Below are positions 39,421 to 51,059 of a DNA stretch of 64,000 bases, piece after piece; positions within the stretch are counted from its first letter, which is position 1; every line of letters begins with the position of its first letter. The notes under the pieces are model-generated. The model did not search any database, was not told where the DNA came from, and saw only the letters and a list, made by a program, of their open reading frames with translations. Made by a program: the position numbers and the translations under genes. Location: contig OZ024740.1 of NCBI GenBank assembly GCA_964016885.1, positions 102,486,001-102,550,000 on the forward strand. The letters run 5' to 3'. This DNA is from Eledone cirrhosa (Eukaryota).

Positions 39421-40011
39421 TTACTGAATAATTCATCGATAATTATTAACGAAATTATAATAGAGATCAGTAGTTATTGACTTAATAAACCCCTACTAAA
39501 TCATTATAGGATGTTAAAAGTTAAAACTGACGTTGGCAACTTTCGTTGTTGAACACTTTCGTTTTAGAGACAGGAGACAGCGAAATTCTTGTCATCGTTA
39601 CTTACTGAAATGGTAGGTGATGCCCGTGCGGGTGTCTAGTTGTTTCAGAGCCTTAGTCTCACCATTATCGATAGTAATGCTGCGAGCGTATTGGCTTGCC
39701 TCAAACATTTCCGTTAACTCTTGTGATGTGCGGCCGATTGTCGTACTTGGTGCTCGATTTGATTTTGCTCTCCCCCACTCCACCCCCCACCCCCTTTTTT
39801 TCTTTCTCTCGCTCTGATCATATATTTTGGTGTGCTGTATTTGTGAGGTTCTCTGCAATAGTTAATTATATTTATTTCTAGCAGAATGGCCCGGGTTGCT
39901 CGTATGTTCTTATATATTTGATATATATTTACCCTTATCGAACCTCGTGAAATAAATACGTTTGTTTATATTTTGTTATTGTGTATGCAAAAATATCTGT
40001 ACACGAATATA

Positions 40012-40085
<74 letters not shown>

Positions 40086-40199
40086 TAACAGATTAAAGTT
40101 TAAGCAAAGAATCGGTGCTTTCACCCTTAACGGCATCTTCTGAAACTAAAAAAATCAATCTGTGAACGCAGAAGTAAATATTTCGAAAAACGTTACACA

Positions 40200-40243
<44 letters not shown>

Positions 40244-40245
<2 letters not shown>

Positions 40246-43200
40246 AAGGCGGGTAAAATTCCCGAGATCCATGGACGAGTTCTCTCCAGCGGTCTTTGTC
40301 CCTCATTATCGCTGCCATATCCTGCATCTCCAACAGACCAGTGTCTGTCCTTAGGGCATCAACATATGTTAACCTTGGTCTTCCTCTTCTAGTGTGTCCA
40401 TGTAGGGGCTCCCAAAGGAGCACTGAGTGCAATGTCAACTCTGGATGTCGGTGAGCATGTCCAGCCAACCTCAGTCTCCTCTGTGTCACTTTTGAGCTGA
40501 CTTTTGGGATGCTCCCATACAGCTCTGAGTTTTTCATCCTCAGTGTATACTGATTAATGTTCAGAGCCATCCTCAGCATTCTCGTGTAGCACCCATCCAC
40601 CATCTGAGTGAGTCTCTTGGTCAGTGTCCAAGTCTCAGACCCATACAGCAGCACAGACTCCACTACAGCAATGAAGAGGCGGACTTTCAGGTCTCTACGA
40701 AGGTCTGACTTCCACACCGATCTCAAGCTGTGACACGCCGCCCAGGCCTTGCTCTTCCTCTCAACCACATCATCTTCCGTATTCCCAATCTTTGCTCCCA
40801 AATACAGGAAGTCCTCAACCAATTCCAGCGGCTTCCCGCCTACATTAGTGATCCCCTCTGGCTTCTCAACATTCTCTACCAGATATTTTGTTTTAGTCTC
40901 ATTCATTCTCAGCCCCACACTCATCGACACAGTCTCAACCTCCCACATCAAATCCTCTGCCTCCTTCACTGTATTTGTCACCAAAACTATGTCGTCGGCA
41001 AATTCAGCATCCGATACCTTTTTCGCCCCAACTCTCCCGCTCTGAGCCGGTGCTACAGTAAAGCCAGTGTCCTGGTGTTTCTCCAGTGCAAGGCGCATAC
41101 AATAGTCCACTACGATGATAAAAAGGTAGGGAGCCAATGTATCTCCCTGGAGCACTCCAGCCAGTATCTCAAAGAACTCTGTCATCCCATCAGGTGTAAT
41201 GACTTGGGCTTTGGTGTTGGTGTAGAGCAGTGATATCAGGTCCACCATCCTCTTGGGGATTCCATAAGCCTGTAAGATCTTCATCAGGCAGTAACGGTCC
41301 ACAGAATCAAAGGCCTTCCTAAAGTCAATGAAAACCATGACCGCAGGAAGGCACTTTGCTCTAGCTCCCTCTAATATCCTCCTCAGCATAAGGATGTGAC
41401 TGGTGGTTGATCTACCCTCTCTGAAGCCGTTCTGGTTGTCCCTGAGCTTCTTCTCCATCTCAGGCTGGATCCTGTTAAGAATCATCCTGTTGAGGGTCTT
41501 TGCCACAAGTGACGTCAGTGAGATCCCCCGGTAGTTGTTGGTGTTAGAGAGATCTCCCTTCTTTGGCACTGGGACGATGTTACTGATCCTCCACTGATTC
41601 GGGGCAACTCCTTTCTCCAGTGCCCCGTTACAGAACCCCAGGATGATATCATCAAAATCACACCTCTTCATCACCTCTGATGCCACTCCATCTTCTCCAT
41701 GAGCCTTGCCCTCCTTGATCTTCTTCTTGGCTCTCTGAAGCTCCTCTCTGGTGAAGGGCTCTGTCTCAACATCCAGTTCCTCAAACAGCCGCCTGATCTC
41801 CCCAGTGCTCTGGGCTGTGGAGGGTGGCTCTCCTAGTAGGGTCCTAAAATGGTCTAGCCATTTCCTCTTCCTATCCTCGGGCCCCGTTCCCTGGATCTGA
41901 CTCGAACACCTTTTCTTCCTCCCTGTGATCTCGTTGATGATCATCCAGCTCTCCTTACATCCAGATCTGTCAACCGCTCTCTCCACACTTCTGATCTTCT
42001 CTATCAGTGCCTCCTCTCTGACCTCAGTGTAAGCGGTACAGAGCTCTTCCCTCATCACCTCCACAGTCTCCATCCTCTCCTCCGTAGGATCAGCATAGAA
42101 TTGGTCCCTGGCAGCTTTTAGGTGTTCTCTGGCTGCACACACCTTTGGGTTTGCAGAGCTGACGTGCTTCCCTTTGTTCTTTTTCCTCGGCACCAGGGTT
42201 TCACTTGCTTTCGCCACTGCATTGGTGAAGTGCCCGTACCTCCTCGTCACACTCTCCTCAGTCCATCCAATCTCTCTCTCCTCTGACTCTCCACACAGAG
42301 CACTAAACCTGTTTCTCACTTCCACTGTGAACCTCTCCTGTAGCTTATCATCTTCCTTGAAAGCTCCCCAGTCATAGATTGTTCTCCGGGGCTGAGCCTT
42401 GCTCTTTCTTAAGCTCACGCGGACCTCACTCATAATAAGCCGGTGGTCACTACCCAGTGTACTGAAATAGCTGTATGGTTCCGTGTTCAGAACACTATTC
42501 CGCCACTTTTTCCTCACCAGAATGAAATCAATCTGGGACTTGGACAGGTGCATATCTGAGATGTAGGTCCACATCTTCCCCAGATTCTTCCTAAACCCTA
42601 GGTTGGTCGCCATCAAGTTCGCCTCCAGCAGGGTGTCTCTCAGTAGTCTTCCATTTCGGTTGGTGTTGTTATGGAAGTACCAGCAAGGATCTTCACTGCC
42701 CTCCTTACTCAGATGTGCATTGAAGTCCCCCAAAACAAGCAGGATATTGTGTGCCTGAGTGGTGTTGACAGCTCTACACACCTCCTCATGGAACTCCTCA
42801 GCATTCACATCACTGTCCCCCTCGGTTGGACTATAGGCTGAGATGACTGTCAGTCTTGGGTTTCCATTGAAGGTCACCCTCAACACTCGCGGGGAGATAG
42901 GCATTATTTCCCTCACCAACAGATTGGTTTTTGCACTGAACACAAAACCCACTCCTCCTACTGCAGCATTTGTTGTGTTCTTCACTGCCGATGTAGTGAT
43001 GAGCTGGCTCTTCCTCCCGATCATCACACTCCTCACGGGCTCATCGTGTAGAATCCTGTGTTCTTGGATCGCAAGTATCTGTATACCACTCTCCTCGAAC
43101 AGATGTCCCAACTCCTCTCTCTTCTCCAGCGTTCGAATAGTCCTCACATTCAAAGTGCCCATTTTGATGGCTCTTCTGCAGGACAAAACTGCATTCTTTA

Positions 43201-43339
43201 TATTTGTCTCAGAGACAGCTGATCCATCATCCACTGGCCCTCTCTGTGGCTCTAAGCCAGCAGAGTCATAACGACCAGGCTGCTCCTTGACAGCGTAATT
43301 AGGGGCTCTAACCCTAGTGCTGTTAGATCGACTCTCCAT
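40244..43339 (-). CDS. RTE ORF: AP-like endonuclease plus reverse transcriptase (1031 aa from the first ATG; 1044 aa from the GTG at 43378)
   Basis: APE: GTLNVRT, LAIQEHR, SAYSPT, LGDFNA, IDFILV, SDHRL. RT: PKKGDL, YRGISL, QNGFR, FIDFRKAFDSV, GVLQGDTLAPYLF, FADD, FLYLG. RTE C-terminus: LYGSETW, RLRLAGH, RGRPR. Confidence 0.95.
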
Positions 43340-43552
43340 ATTTCTTTTCAATGGCTGACAATACCTTACCGGCGCCACTCGAATAAGGTAGTTATTTAAC
43401 CCATAAATGGAGCCCTAACAGGTACTACCACCCCGGGCCAGGGCAGACCTGGGAGTCATGACAACTAAGGGGTAACTCCATATTCCCCACATCTCCTGAA
43501 CTCCCGAACTGGAGCCTTGCCACTGGATGTAGTTTAATGTCATACCCAGGAC
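40244..43552 (-). mobile_element. Full-length intact RTE-clade non-LTR retrotransposon
   Basis: About 210-nt 5'UTR plus a single uninterrupted ORF; sharply GC-richer than its flanks; (TA)n on both sides. Confidence 0.95.
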
Positions 43553-43749
43553 ATATATATATATATATATATACACTATATATATATACATATATACACA
43601 CACACACACATATAGCGTCATAATGTCGTAATGCAGGCAGCCAGACATACAGACAGATATTATACGGGGTCGATAAAATAATGTACCAGTAATGTACTGG
43701 GTAATTGCTGGCCTTGTGCCAAAAGTAGAAACAATTATAAAGGCGCAAC

Positions 43750-43961
43750 GTTATATCTATGTATCTATCTAAAAAGAAAGACTAAGAATTATAGAGAGAT
43801 CGCTAAATCGCCTAATGCGTTCCCTAGGGCATTGAAAATTTGAAATTTTGTTTGCTCAAAACACTCACAAGACCATAAGTATTACATGTGTAAAGTTTGA
43901 AAAAACTCAGTTGGGTGGTTCTCGTGTTTTAGGGAGACAGACAGACAGACATTCTCTGTTT
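43750..43961 (+). mobile_element. HINE/DINE-like 3' fragment with (GACA)n
   Basis: ...gtaaagtttgaaaaaactcagttgggtggttctcgtgttttagggagacagacagacagacattctctgtttt resembles the 3' ends of Helentron-derived elements. Confidence 0.45.
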
Positions 43962-44700
43962 TGGCCGCTTCGCGCGTCACACGGAGCTAAGCATCATTCT
44001 GAAAAGAACTTTGGCCCGGGAAAATATCCCCTCAGTCTTGGGACCATCTGGGTTGTCTAGAAGTGACGGCAAAAGACCTGACGGTCTTACCCTGTGCCCC
44101 TGGTCGAGAGGCAGGTGCCTTGTCTGGGACGTCACTGTTAGTGACTTTTTGCTCTTTCCCACATCCTGGATGCTGCGGTTAGGACGAGAGCCACAGCTTC
44201 TGCAGCCGAGCGGAGTAAGACCCTCAAATACTCTGCTCTGTCTGCCAGCTACATTTTTCAGCCTGTGGCTTTCGAGACGTTTGGGGGAGTCGGGCCGCTG
44301 ACTGCGAGGTTCCTTTCCTCACTGGCGGCTCGCCTAATAGAGGTGACTGGCGAATCTCGCGAGTGTGCTTGGCTGTTTCAGCGTATCAGCCTCGCCCACC
44401 TGAGGCAACGCTGCGAGTGTGCTGGCTTGCCTCAAAAATCATTAGAGAGGTTGCCCAGTACTCGCGACGTTGCTGTCTTTTGCTCTGGTGTTGACGCCGG
44501 TATTCACCCCTTCTTTTACATTTTCTTTAATATTGTAGCATTGAAGGAATATATCTTTCATTATATCATCCTTTGTAGTGTTACCGAGGCATCTGTAATG
44601 TTATTTATGTATATGTTTAAAACATATGTGTTATGTTATTCTACTGTAAATTTATTTATATGGTCTGTTTATATTTTTATTCTGAAGGAACTTATCCACT
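43962..44700 (+). mobile_element. 3' fragment of a CRE-like non-LTR retrotransposon (restriction-like endonuclease)
   Basis: GRFARH...IPSVL.PSGLSRSDGKRPDGLTLCPWSRGRCLVWDVTV, then frameshifted AFETFGGVG...WLFQRISLA..RGNA: a PD..D RLE domain typical of CRE-clade elements. The 3' limit is uncertain. Confidence 0.8.
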
Positions 44701-44775
44701 TGTGTTGATATAAGTGATTTTATGACTTTCCTGTAAGCATTGTGTCATTATATATGTTATTATTATAAACGTTAA

Positions 44776-44970
44776 GGGCGGTGGATTGGCAGTATCGGTA
44801 GAGGGTCGGACGCCATGCTTTGACGTATAGAGTTACGGCCCTTGCCATTCTGAGTTCAAATCCCACCGAGATTAACTTTGCCTTTCATCCTTACGGAGTC
44901 GATAAAATAAAGTACCAGTAATGCACTGAGTAATTGCTGGCCTTGTGCCAAAAGTAGAAACAATTATTAT
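44776..44970 (+). mobile_element. Family-A tRNA-derived SINE, full length
   Basis: A-box-like tggcagtatcgg, B-box-like gagttcaaatcc, conserved gcctttcatcc...gtcgataaaa...gtaccag core and (ATT)n tail. Confidence 0.85.
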
Positions 44971-45482
44971 AAACGTGAATAAATTATAGTTATATAGATA
45001 TGTGTTTAAATTTGTATTTATATTTTCATTCTTAAAGAATTGTGAACAATTTGTAATGCTATTTTTGCACCTGTAAATAAAATATATAACTTTTGTTCTT
45101 TGAATTATCGTTCATTATCACATTTTTATATTCCTCACTATTCAATACAACTAAAATAAACCTATTAAAAGAAATAGTTTATTCTTCCTTTGTCCTCCAT
45201 GTGAAATGCTGGTAAACAATTTTACGAAGGGGAACAACTCTATATTGAATAGAATGACACCCCCTTCTTTTTTCCCCATTATGTATTGACTCGAAGGAAA
45301 GTAGCATCATTAACACTTTCAATTAATGTTTATATACAATTAACTTTCTCAATACCAAATTAAGAATTAATTCGAATTTTTTAGAAAGCAACACCACTAT
45401 CCACTGTTGTAATGCGTAACTGAGTGGACATGTCTTCTTTCTGCTTTTTTTTTTCTTTCTCTTGTGTAAATCATTATATAAA

Positions 45483-45745
45483 TTGGCAGTATCAGTAGAG
45501 TGTCGAACAACATACTTTGCAGTATATAGTTACGGCTCTTTACGTTCTGAGTTAAAATCCCGCCAAGGTTAACTTTGCTTTTCATCGTTATGGGGTCGTT
45601 AAAATAAAGTACCAGTAATGCATTGACTTCCCCTTCCCCCGCAATTGTTGGTCATTGCCTTTCATCCTTACGGGGTCGATAAAATAAAGTACCAGTAATA
45701 CACTGGAATAATTGCTGGCCTTGTGCCAAAAGTAGAAACAATTAT
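45483..45745 (+). mobile_element. Family-A SINE with duplicated 3' half
   Basis: The gcctttcatcc...gtaccagt core occurs twice, at about 45577 and 45657. Confidence 0.75.
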
Positions 45746-47639
45746 ATAAATATTGGCAAACTATGTTCAGGCTGTAGCGTTCGAGATATTTACGGGAGCT
45801 GTGCCGCCGACAACAAGGTTCTTGCCGTGCTGGCGATTCGCCTTACATGCGTACCAAGTCTTTACCTAAGGATGCTTCGAACAATAATGCATTTGTGTTT
45901 TAATCCTTTTGTAACTTTTAAAATATTAATAAATATTCGAATAGTTAACAACTTTAACTATTTAAACTCCCTATCAATAATCCCCATTTTGGTATTTGAT
46001 ACCAACTATTTAGCATTCATATCAATTTTAATATGTTGATATTCCTTACATAGAGTGGCGAATTGGCAGAACCGATAGAACGTCGGATATAATGCTTTTC
46101 GATATCCGTCCCGGCTCTCTGTGCTCTGGGTTAAAATCCCACCGAGGTCAACTTTGCTTTTCATCCTTTCGAGGTCGATGAATAAAGAACCAGTTCAATA
46201 CTAAGTCGATTCTTCCTCTATATCTCTTCCTCACTTCTCTATCACTCTCATTCCTTATTTGGAAAAAATCGGCTGTGTTCAGACCTGGAGAGGAGATGGG
46301 CTCCATCAGGTTTTAAAGCACCCAAGAAACGCTCCTACGACTCCATCAGGACTTATGAATCTATACATTCCGTACACAGTTACATAAACTTGATTTAATA
46401 CAGAGTTGTTTCCCTTGATAAGAATTTTCAATGTTTTGCATATAGTTGATCTTGCGTATGAATAGGACTCGAGTTGTCGTTCGCTTGATCGCGATCAGAG
46501 ATCAGTGATTAGCTTCCAGGTCCCACCGCACGAAGGTCGACAAACTTGGCCCCCAGGCTAGGTATGATAAGTAGAGTCATTCATTAACTCATATTTATTG
46601 AATACATTCATGTATGCATGATTTCATAGAATATCTTGTTAGAAAAATATTCAACATCATATATAACAAGTAGTGTTAGCTAGCATGCGTTGGGTCACGC
46701 AATCGTCTGTTTTGTAATATTTGTTGCTGGATATACTGGAATCGATCTGTGTCGAATTTGATGATAAGTGTTCCAGGTGTTAGATCAAAGGAACAGCCTG
46801 CTCATGAAATTAAAGTGTAAGTGGCTGAGCATTCTATCGACATGTGTACCTTCAACATAATATGTTACAAAGCTGGCCTTTTGAATTACAGGTACAGTCT
46901 GATGGACTTCCATACAGTTCCCATCTACCCAATTTTACTCACAAGTCATGAGTTAATCCATAGATATGGTAAATGACACTTGCCCAAGAAATCACGTAGT
47001 GAGATCGAACCTAGGACGACCTAATGGCTGCAAAGAAAACTTCTTAAATATTTTACCATGTTGTGTCCACATATGAATATACTATGCTGCAAGGGTCAAT
47101 CTCTGCTGAGATATCTTCTGCAATTAACAAATGATTGAACGATAAAATATAATGCTGGTGTTTGAAAGTATGCCATGATTCAAAATATGTAAATAGGTGA
47201 TTCTTTCATGAAATTCTAAAACAGAGCTAATTCTATCATGAAATTCTAAAAAAGAAACATTTTTTTTTATTTTAGCCATATGCATATTATTATTAAAATA
47301 TTTGTTTCTACATTTGACACAAGGCCAGCAATTTGAAGGGCAGGGCAAAGTCAGTTAAATTGACCCCAGTACATTACATGTCTTTTATTTTATTGACCCC
47401 ATAAGATGAAAGGCAAAGCTAACCCTGGCATCATTTGAACTCAGGACTCTATACTGCAAAGCATACTGTTCAATGCTCAACCAATACTGCCAATCCACAT
47501 TAAAATCATGTCAGCAAGTGGGAAAGAATGAGCAAACAGAACTTGCAGAGCCTATGGCTGCTACATTGATACCACCTGATGTTTTGCTATGTATGATGCT
47601 CATTACAAAGGTTCACAATGGTATTTTCTTGTGGAAATA

Positions 47640-48285
47640 TCATCATCATCACTGTTTTATGTCCATTCTTCCATGCTAGCATGTGTTAGTCCTGTCGTGG
47701 GCAATGCTGAGTCAGGTGACCATATCTTGCTCATACAGAACTGATTTTGGCTTGATTTTACAGTTGGATACCCTTCCTAACACCAACCTCATTTGACTGG
47801 GTGCTTTTTAGTCGTGACTCCTACACGACCACTTCACAGTGGGAGGGGTGGGGGCATATAGCTTATATGCTTCAGCTTCAACTTGTACCCGTGGGAAGTC
47901 AGGTCTTCTGTATTACTGCGTATTGCCAGAGATCTTGGTCCTGTGTCATCGCCTTTGAGAGGTGCAATTGGGCAAGATCAGCTTTTATCACCTCATCCTA
48001 GGTTTTCTTGGGTTTCCCCACTCCAATGCTTACATCAACTTTTAGCACTCTGCACCTTTTTATGCAGCTGTCATTCTTCATATGCATCACATGTCCATAC
48101 CAATATAATCTCCTCCACTGCACACAGCATTTGATTCTTCTTATGCCTAGTCTCTCTCAATTCGTTTATGCTTTGTTGTTCACGTATATTACTATTACAC
48201 ATCCATCAGTGCATGCAAGTTTCATTTCTTTCTAATCTATGCAAATCTTCTGCACACAACACCCAGGTCTCACTACCATAAAACT
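47640..48285 (-). mobile_element. RTE 3' fragment with chimeric SINE-like tail
   Basis: Reverse complement of the 3' part of the 14894-16405 copy, starting from GSETW. Confidence 0.85.
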
Positions 48286-48496
48286 TTACTGAAATATAGG
48301 GTGATATATTCAATTCTCAATAAATACCTTACAGAACCATTGAGTGGGCATCTACTGTTGACTTGCTAAAAATAGCAGCAAAATCTCCCTTAAATTACAC
48401 CTTACTACATTAAGAAAATGGAGTATATATTCAATAATGTGGTACTAGATACATTGTCTGAAGAAGACAGTAGGTAACAAAATACTAAATATATAA

Positions 48497-49956
48497 TGAA
48501 TGGCTTGTGAAAGCTGTACAAGCCATGTATAAGGGAGCAGTCAGCAAAGTTAGGATTAACAATGACTATAGAGAAGAATTTAGCATACTAGGGCTCTGTT
48601 CTTAGCTCTGTCCTGTTTATTATAGTATTGCAGGCAATAACGGAGGCATTTAAGACCGGATGCCCATGGGAACTTCTGTATGCAGATGATCTTACACTTA
48701 TAGCTGAATCTATGGTGGAACTAAAGAAAAAATCCCAAACATGGAAGCAGGGATTAGAAATAAGAGGTCTCAAAGTCAACCTGTCAAAAACTAAGCTCCT
48801 CGTAAGTAGACAAGAAAACAGAACCCAGATCCCCTCAGGGAAATGGTCTTCCTCAGTATGTAGGAAAGGTGTAGGTAGGAATTCTATCCTCTGCCCCAAA
48901 TGCAAACTATGGGTATACAAGAAATGTAGTGGGATCTCAGGAAGCTTAGTTAGGAATGTAGGCTTTACTTGTAGCAGCTGCACTGGGACAGTAAGCAGCA
49001 AACAGCCACAGGAAACAAGCACTACCAAACTCTGGGAGGGCTCTGTAGAAACAGTAGACAGCTTCTGCTACCTATGTGACCAAATTAGCAGCGGAGGTAG
49101 GTGTTCTGAAAGTACAGTAACCAGGGTAAGAACAGGATGGAAGAAGTTCAGGGAGCTACTGCCACTGCTAGCTGCAAAAAGCTTTTCCTTCAAAATGAAA
49201 GGCAGACTGTATGATGCGTGTATACAAACATCAATGTTACATGGTAGTGAGACCTGGGCGTTGTCTGTAGAAGACTTACGTAGATTAGAAAGAAACGAAG
49301 CTTGCATGCTCCGTTGGATGTGTAATAGTAATATATACAAACAGCAAAGCATAAACAAACTGAGAGAGAGATTGAGCATAAGAGGAATCAAATGCTGTGT
49401 GCAGGAGAGGAAGATGTGTTGGTATGGACATGTGATGCGTATGAAGGATGACAGCTGCATAAAAAGGTGCAGAGCACTAGAAGTTGATGGAAGCCGTGGA
49501 GTGTGGGGATCCAAGAAGACCTGGGACAAGGTGATAAAAGCCAACCTTCCCCAATTGCAGCTCTCAACGGCGATGACACAGGACCGAGACCTCTGGCATC
49601 ATGCAGTAATACATCACGCAGTAATCCCACGGGAACAAACCAAAGTCAAAGCATACAGGCTATATGCCCCCATCCTCTCCCACTGCAAAATGGTTGTGGA
49701 GGTGTCATGACAAAAAAGCACCCAGACCAAAGTAAAGTGGATGTGTAGGCGCCACGGCAAAAAAGCACCCAGCACTCACTGTAAATGAGGTTGGTGTTAG
49801 GAAGGGCATCCAGCTGTCGAAATCAAGCCAAAATCAGTTCCCGTATGAGCAAGACAAGGTCAGCCGACCTAACATTGCCCACAACAGGACAACCCGTCTA
49901 ACCCATTCTAGCGTGGAAGAATCGATGTAAAACGGTGAGGATGATGATGATGATGA
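48497..49956 (+). mobile_element. 5'-truncated RTE-clade LINE with PHD finger
   Basis: ORF 48628-49710 closely matches ORF 14990-16255 (ELLYADDL, CRKGVGRNSILCPKC, GWKKFRELLPLL, WYGHV); (GAT)n tail. Confidence 0.92.
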
Positions 49957-50559
49957 TATTTTGTCTGAAAAAAACGGCAGGATGGTCATGGATTGAATGT
50001 GTTTGAACATAGATCTGTTCAAACAGGGCTAACTTTGAACTAAAACAATATTAACAACATATCATTTGTTTTATAATATTAAATTTGATTTGAACTGAGA
50101 GAGTAGTAAACCAGAACAAATACCAATACACTTTAAATCCAATGCCTTGATGACTCATCCAGTTCAACACAACATGATTTTGAGGATACATTATGAATTG
50201 TAAACAAAAAAAGAAAAGGGAAAGAAGAAAAAGAAAAAATAGAATCCATCAACAAAGGAGAGGGAGGGAGAGAGGCAGGAAGGGACAGACTCTACACCCC
50301 AGTAAGAGTGGTAATTTAGCCATGCCATGCAGACCATGGAGAATGGTCAGTGACACTTACTGCAACAACCATCCCACCTCACAAGGCTCTTTCCTCAAGC
50401 AAGCTGTTGTCATTCCGATTTTGTGGAGGAAATCAGCAGTGCAGGGACCAAGGACACTAGAGGTCTGGACGGCAACCAGTATAAAAAAGAAGCAGTCAAA
50501 CAAGCCCCAGCATGCATTGTAAATTATACATTTTTGTAAAATACGAGCATTTCCTATAG

Positions 50560-51058
50560 AAGATTCAGAATTAATGTTTGATGAATTCAAATAAATTATT
50601 ACATGACTGGTGCACTTTCTCATTGCCTCTGTGTATGTCAACATAGTCAGTATGTTATTTCCAAACTGCATATTAAAATCATCAGCTGTGATAATGAGGT
50701 CATTGACATTTAATAATGAGGTAGTTTGCAGGATGGTCACATATAAGCAGTCCTTTTCATCTGCCAGTTCTGATGCTGGTATGTATGCAGATAAATGCTG
50801 CTACCATGCACCTCAACACCAGCATAAGTTTAATTACTTTATCACACATTCTAACTACCCCAATTACCTTATCAATAATTTCTCTGCTATCAATATGGCT
50901 ACTCCACCAACCCCATCACTGTTATCCACTGAAAAGAATTTGTAACTTCTATCTTACCTCTTGTAGACAGCATACATCTACTTGTTTATACTTCAGCATC
51001 TGTACAATCTCTCCTGACACACCTTTCATTGCACTAATGTTGACTGAGGCAGTTATAA
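50560..51058 (-). mobile_element. RTE endonuclease-domain remnant
   Basis: SVNISAMKG..GEIVQML....VDVCCLQEVR and LIITADDFN. Confidence 0.7.
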
Positions 51059-51059
51059 A

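Larger units (their letters stand above)
39878..43663 (+). mobile_element. HINE-like non-autonomous element interrupted by the intact RTE
   Basis: Start ctagcagaatggcccgggttgctcg resembles the start at 559; agacatacagacagatatt follows the RTE at about 43643-43662. Confidence 0.35.

Noticed and set aside
44776-44870. tRNA gene
   Set aside because: The A/B-box-like head belongs to a multicopy SINE, and no full cloverleaf is evident.
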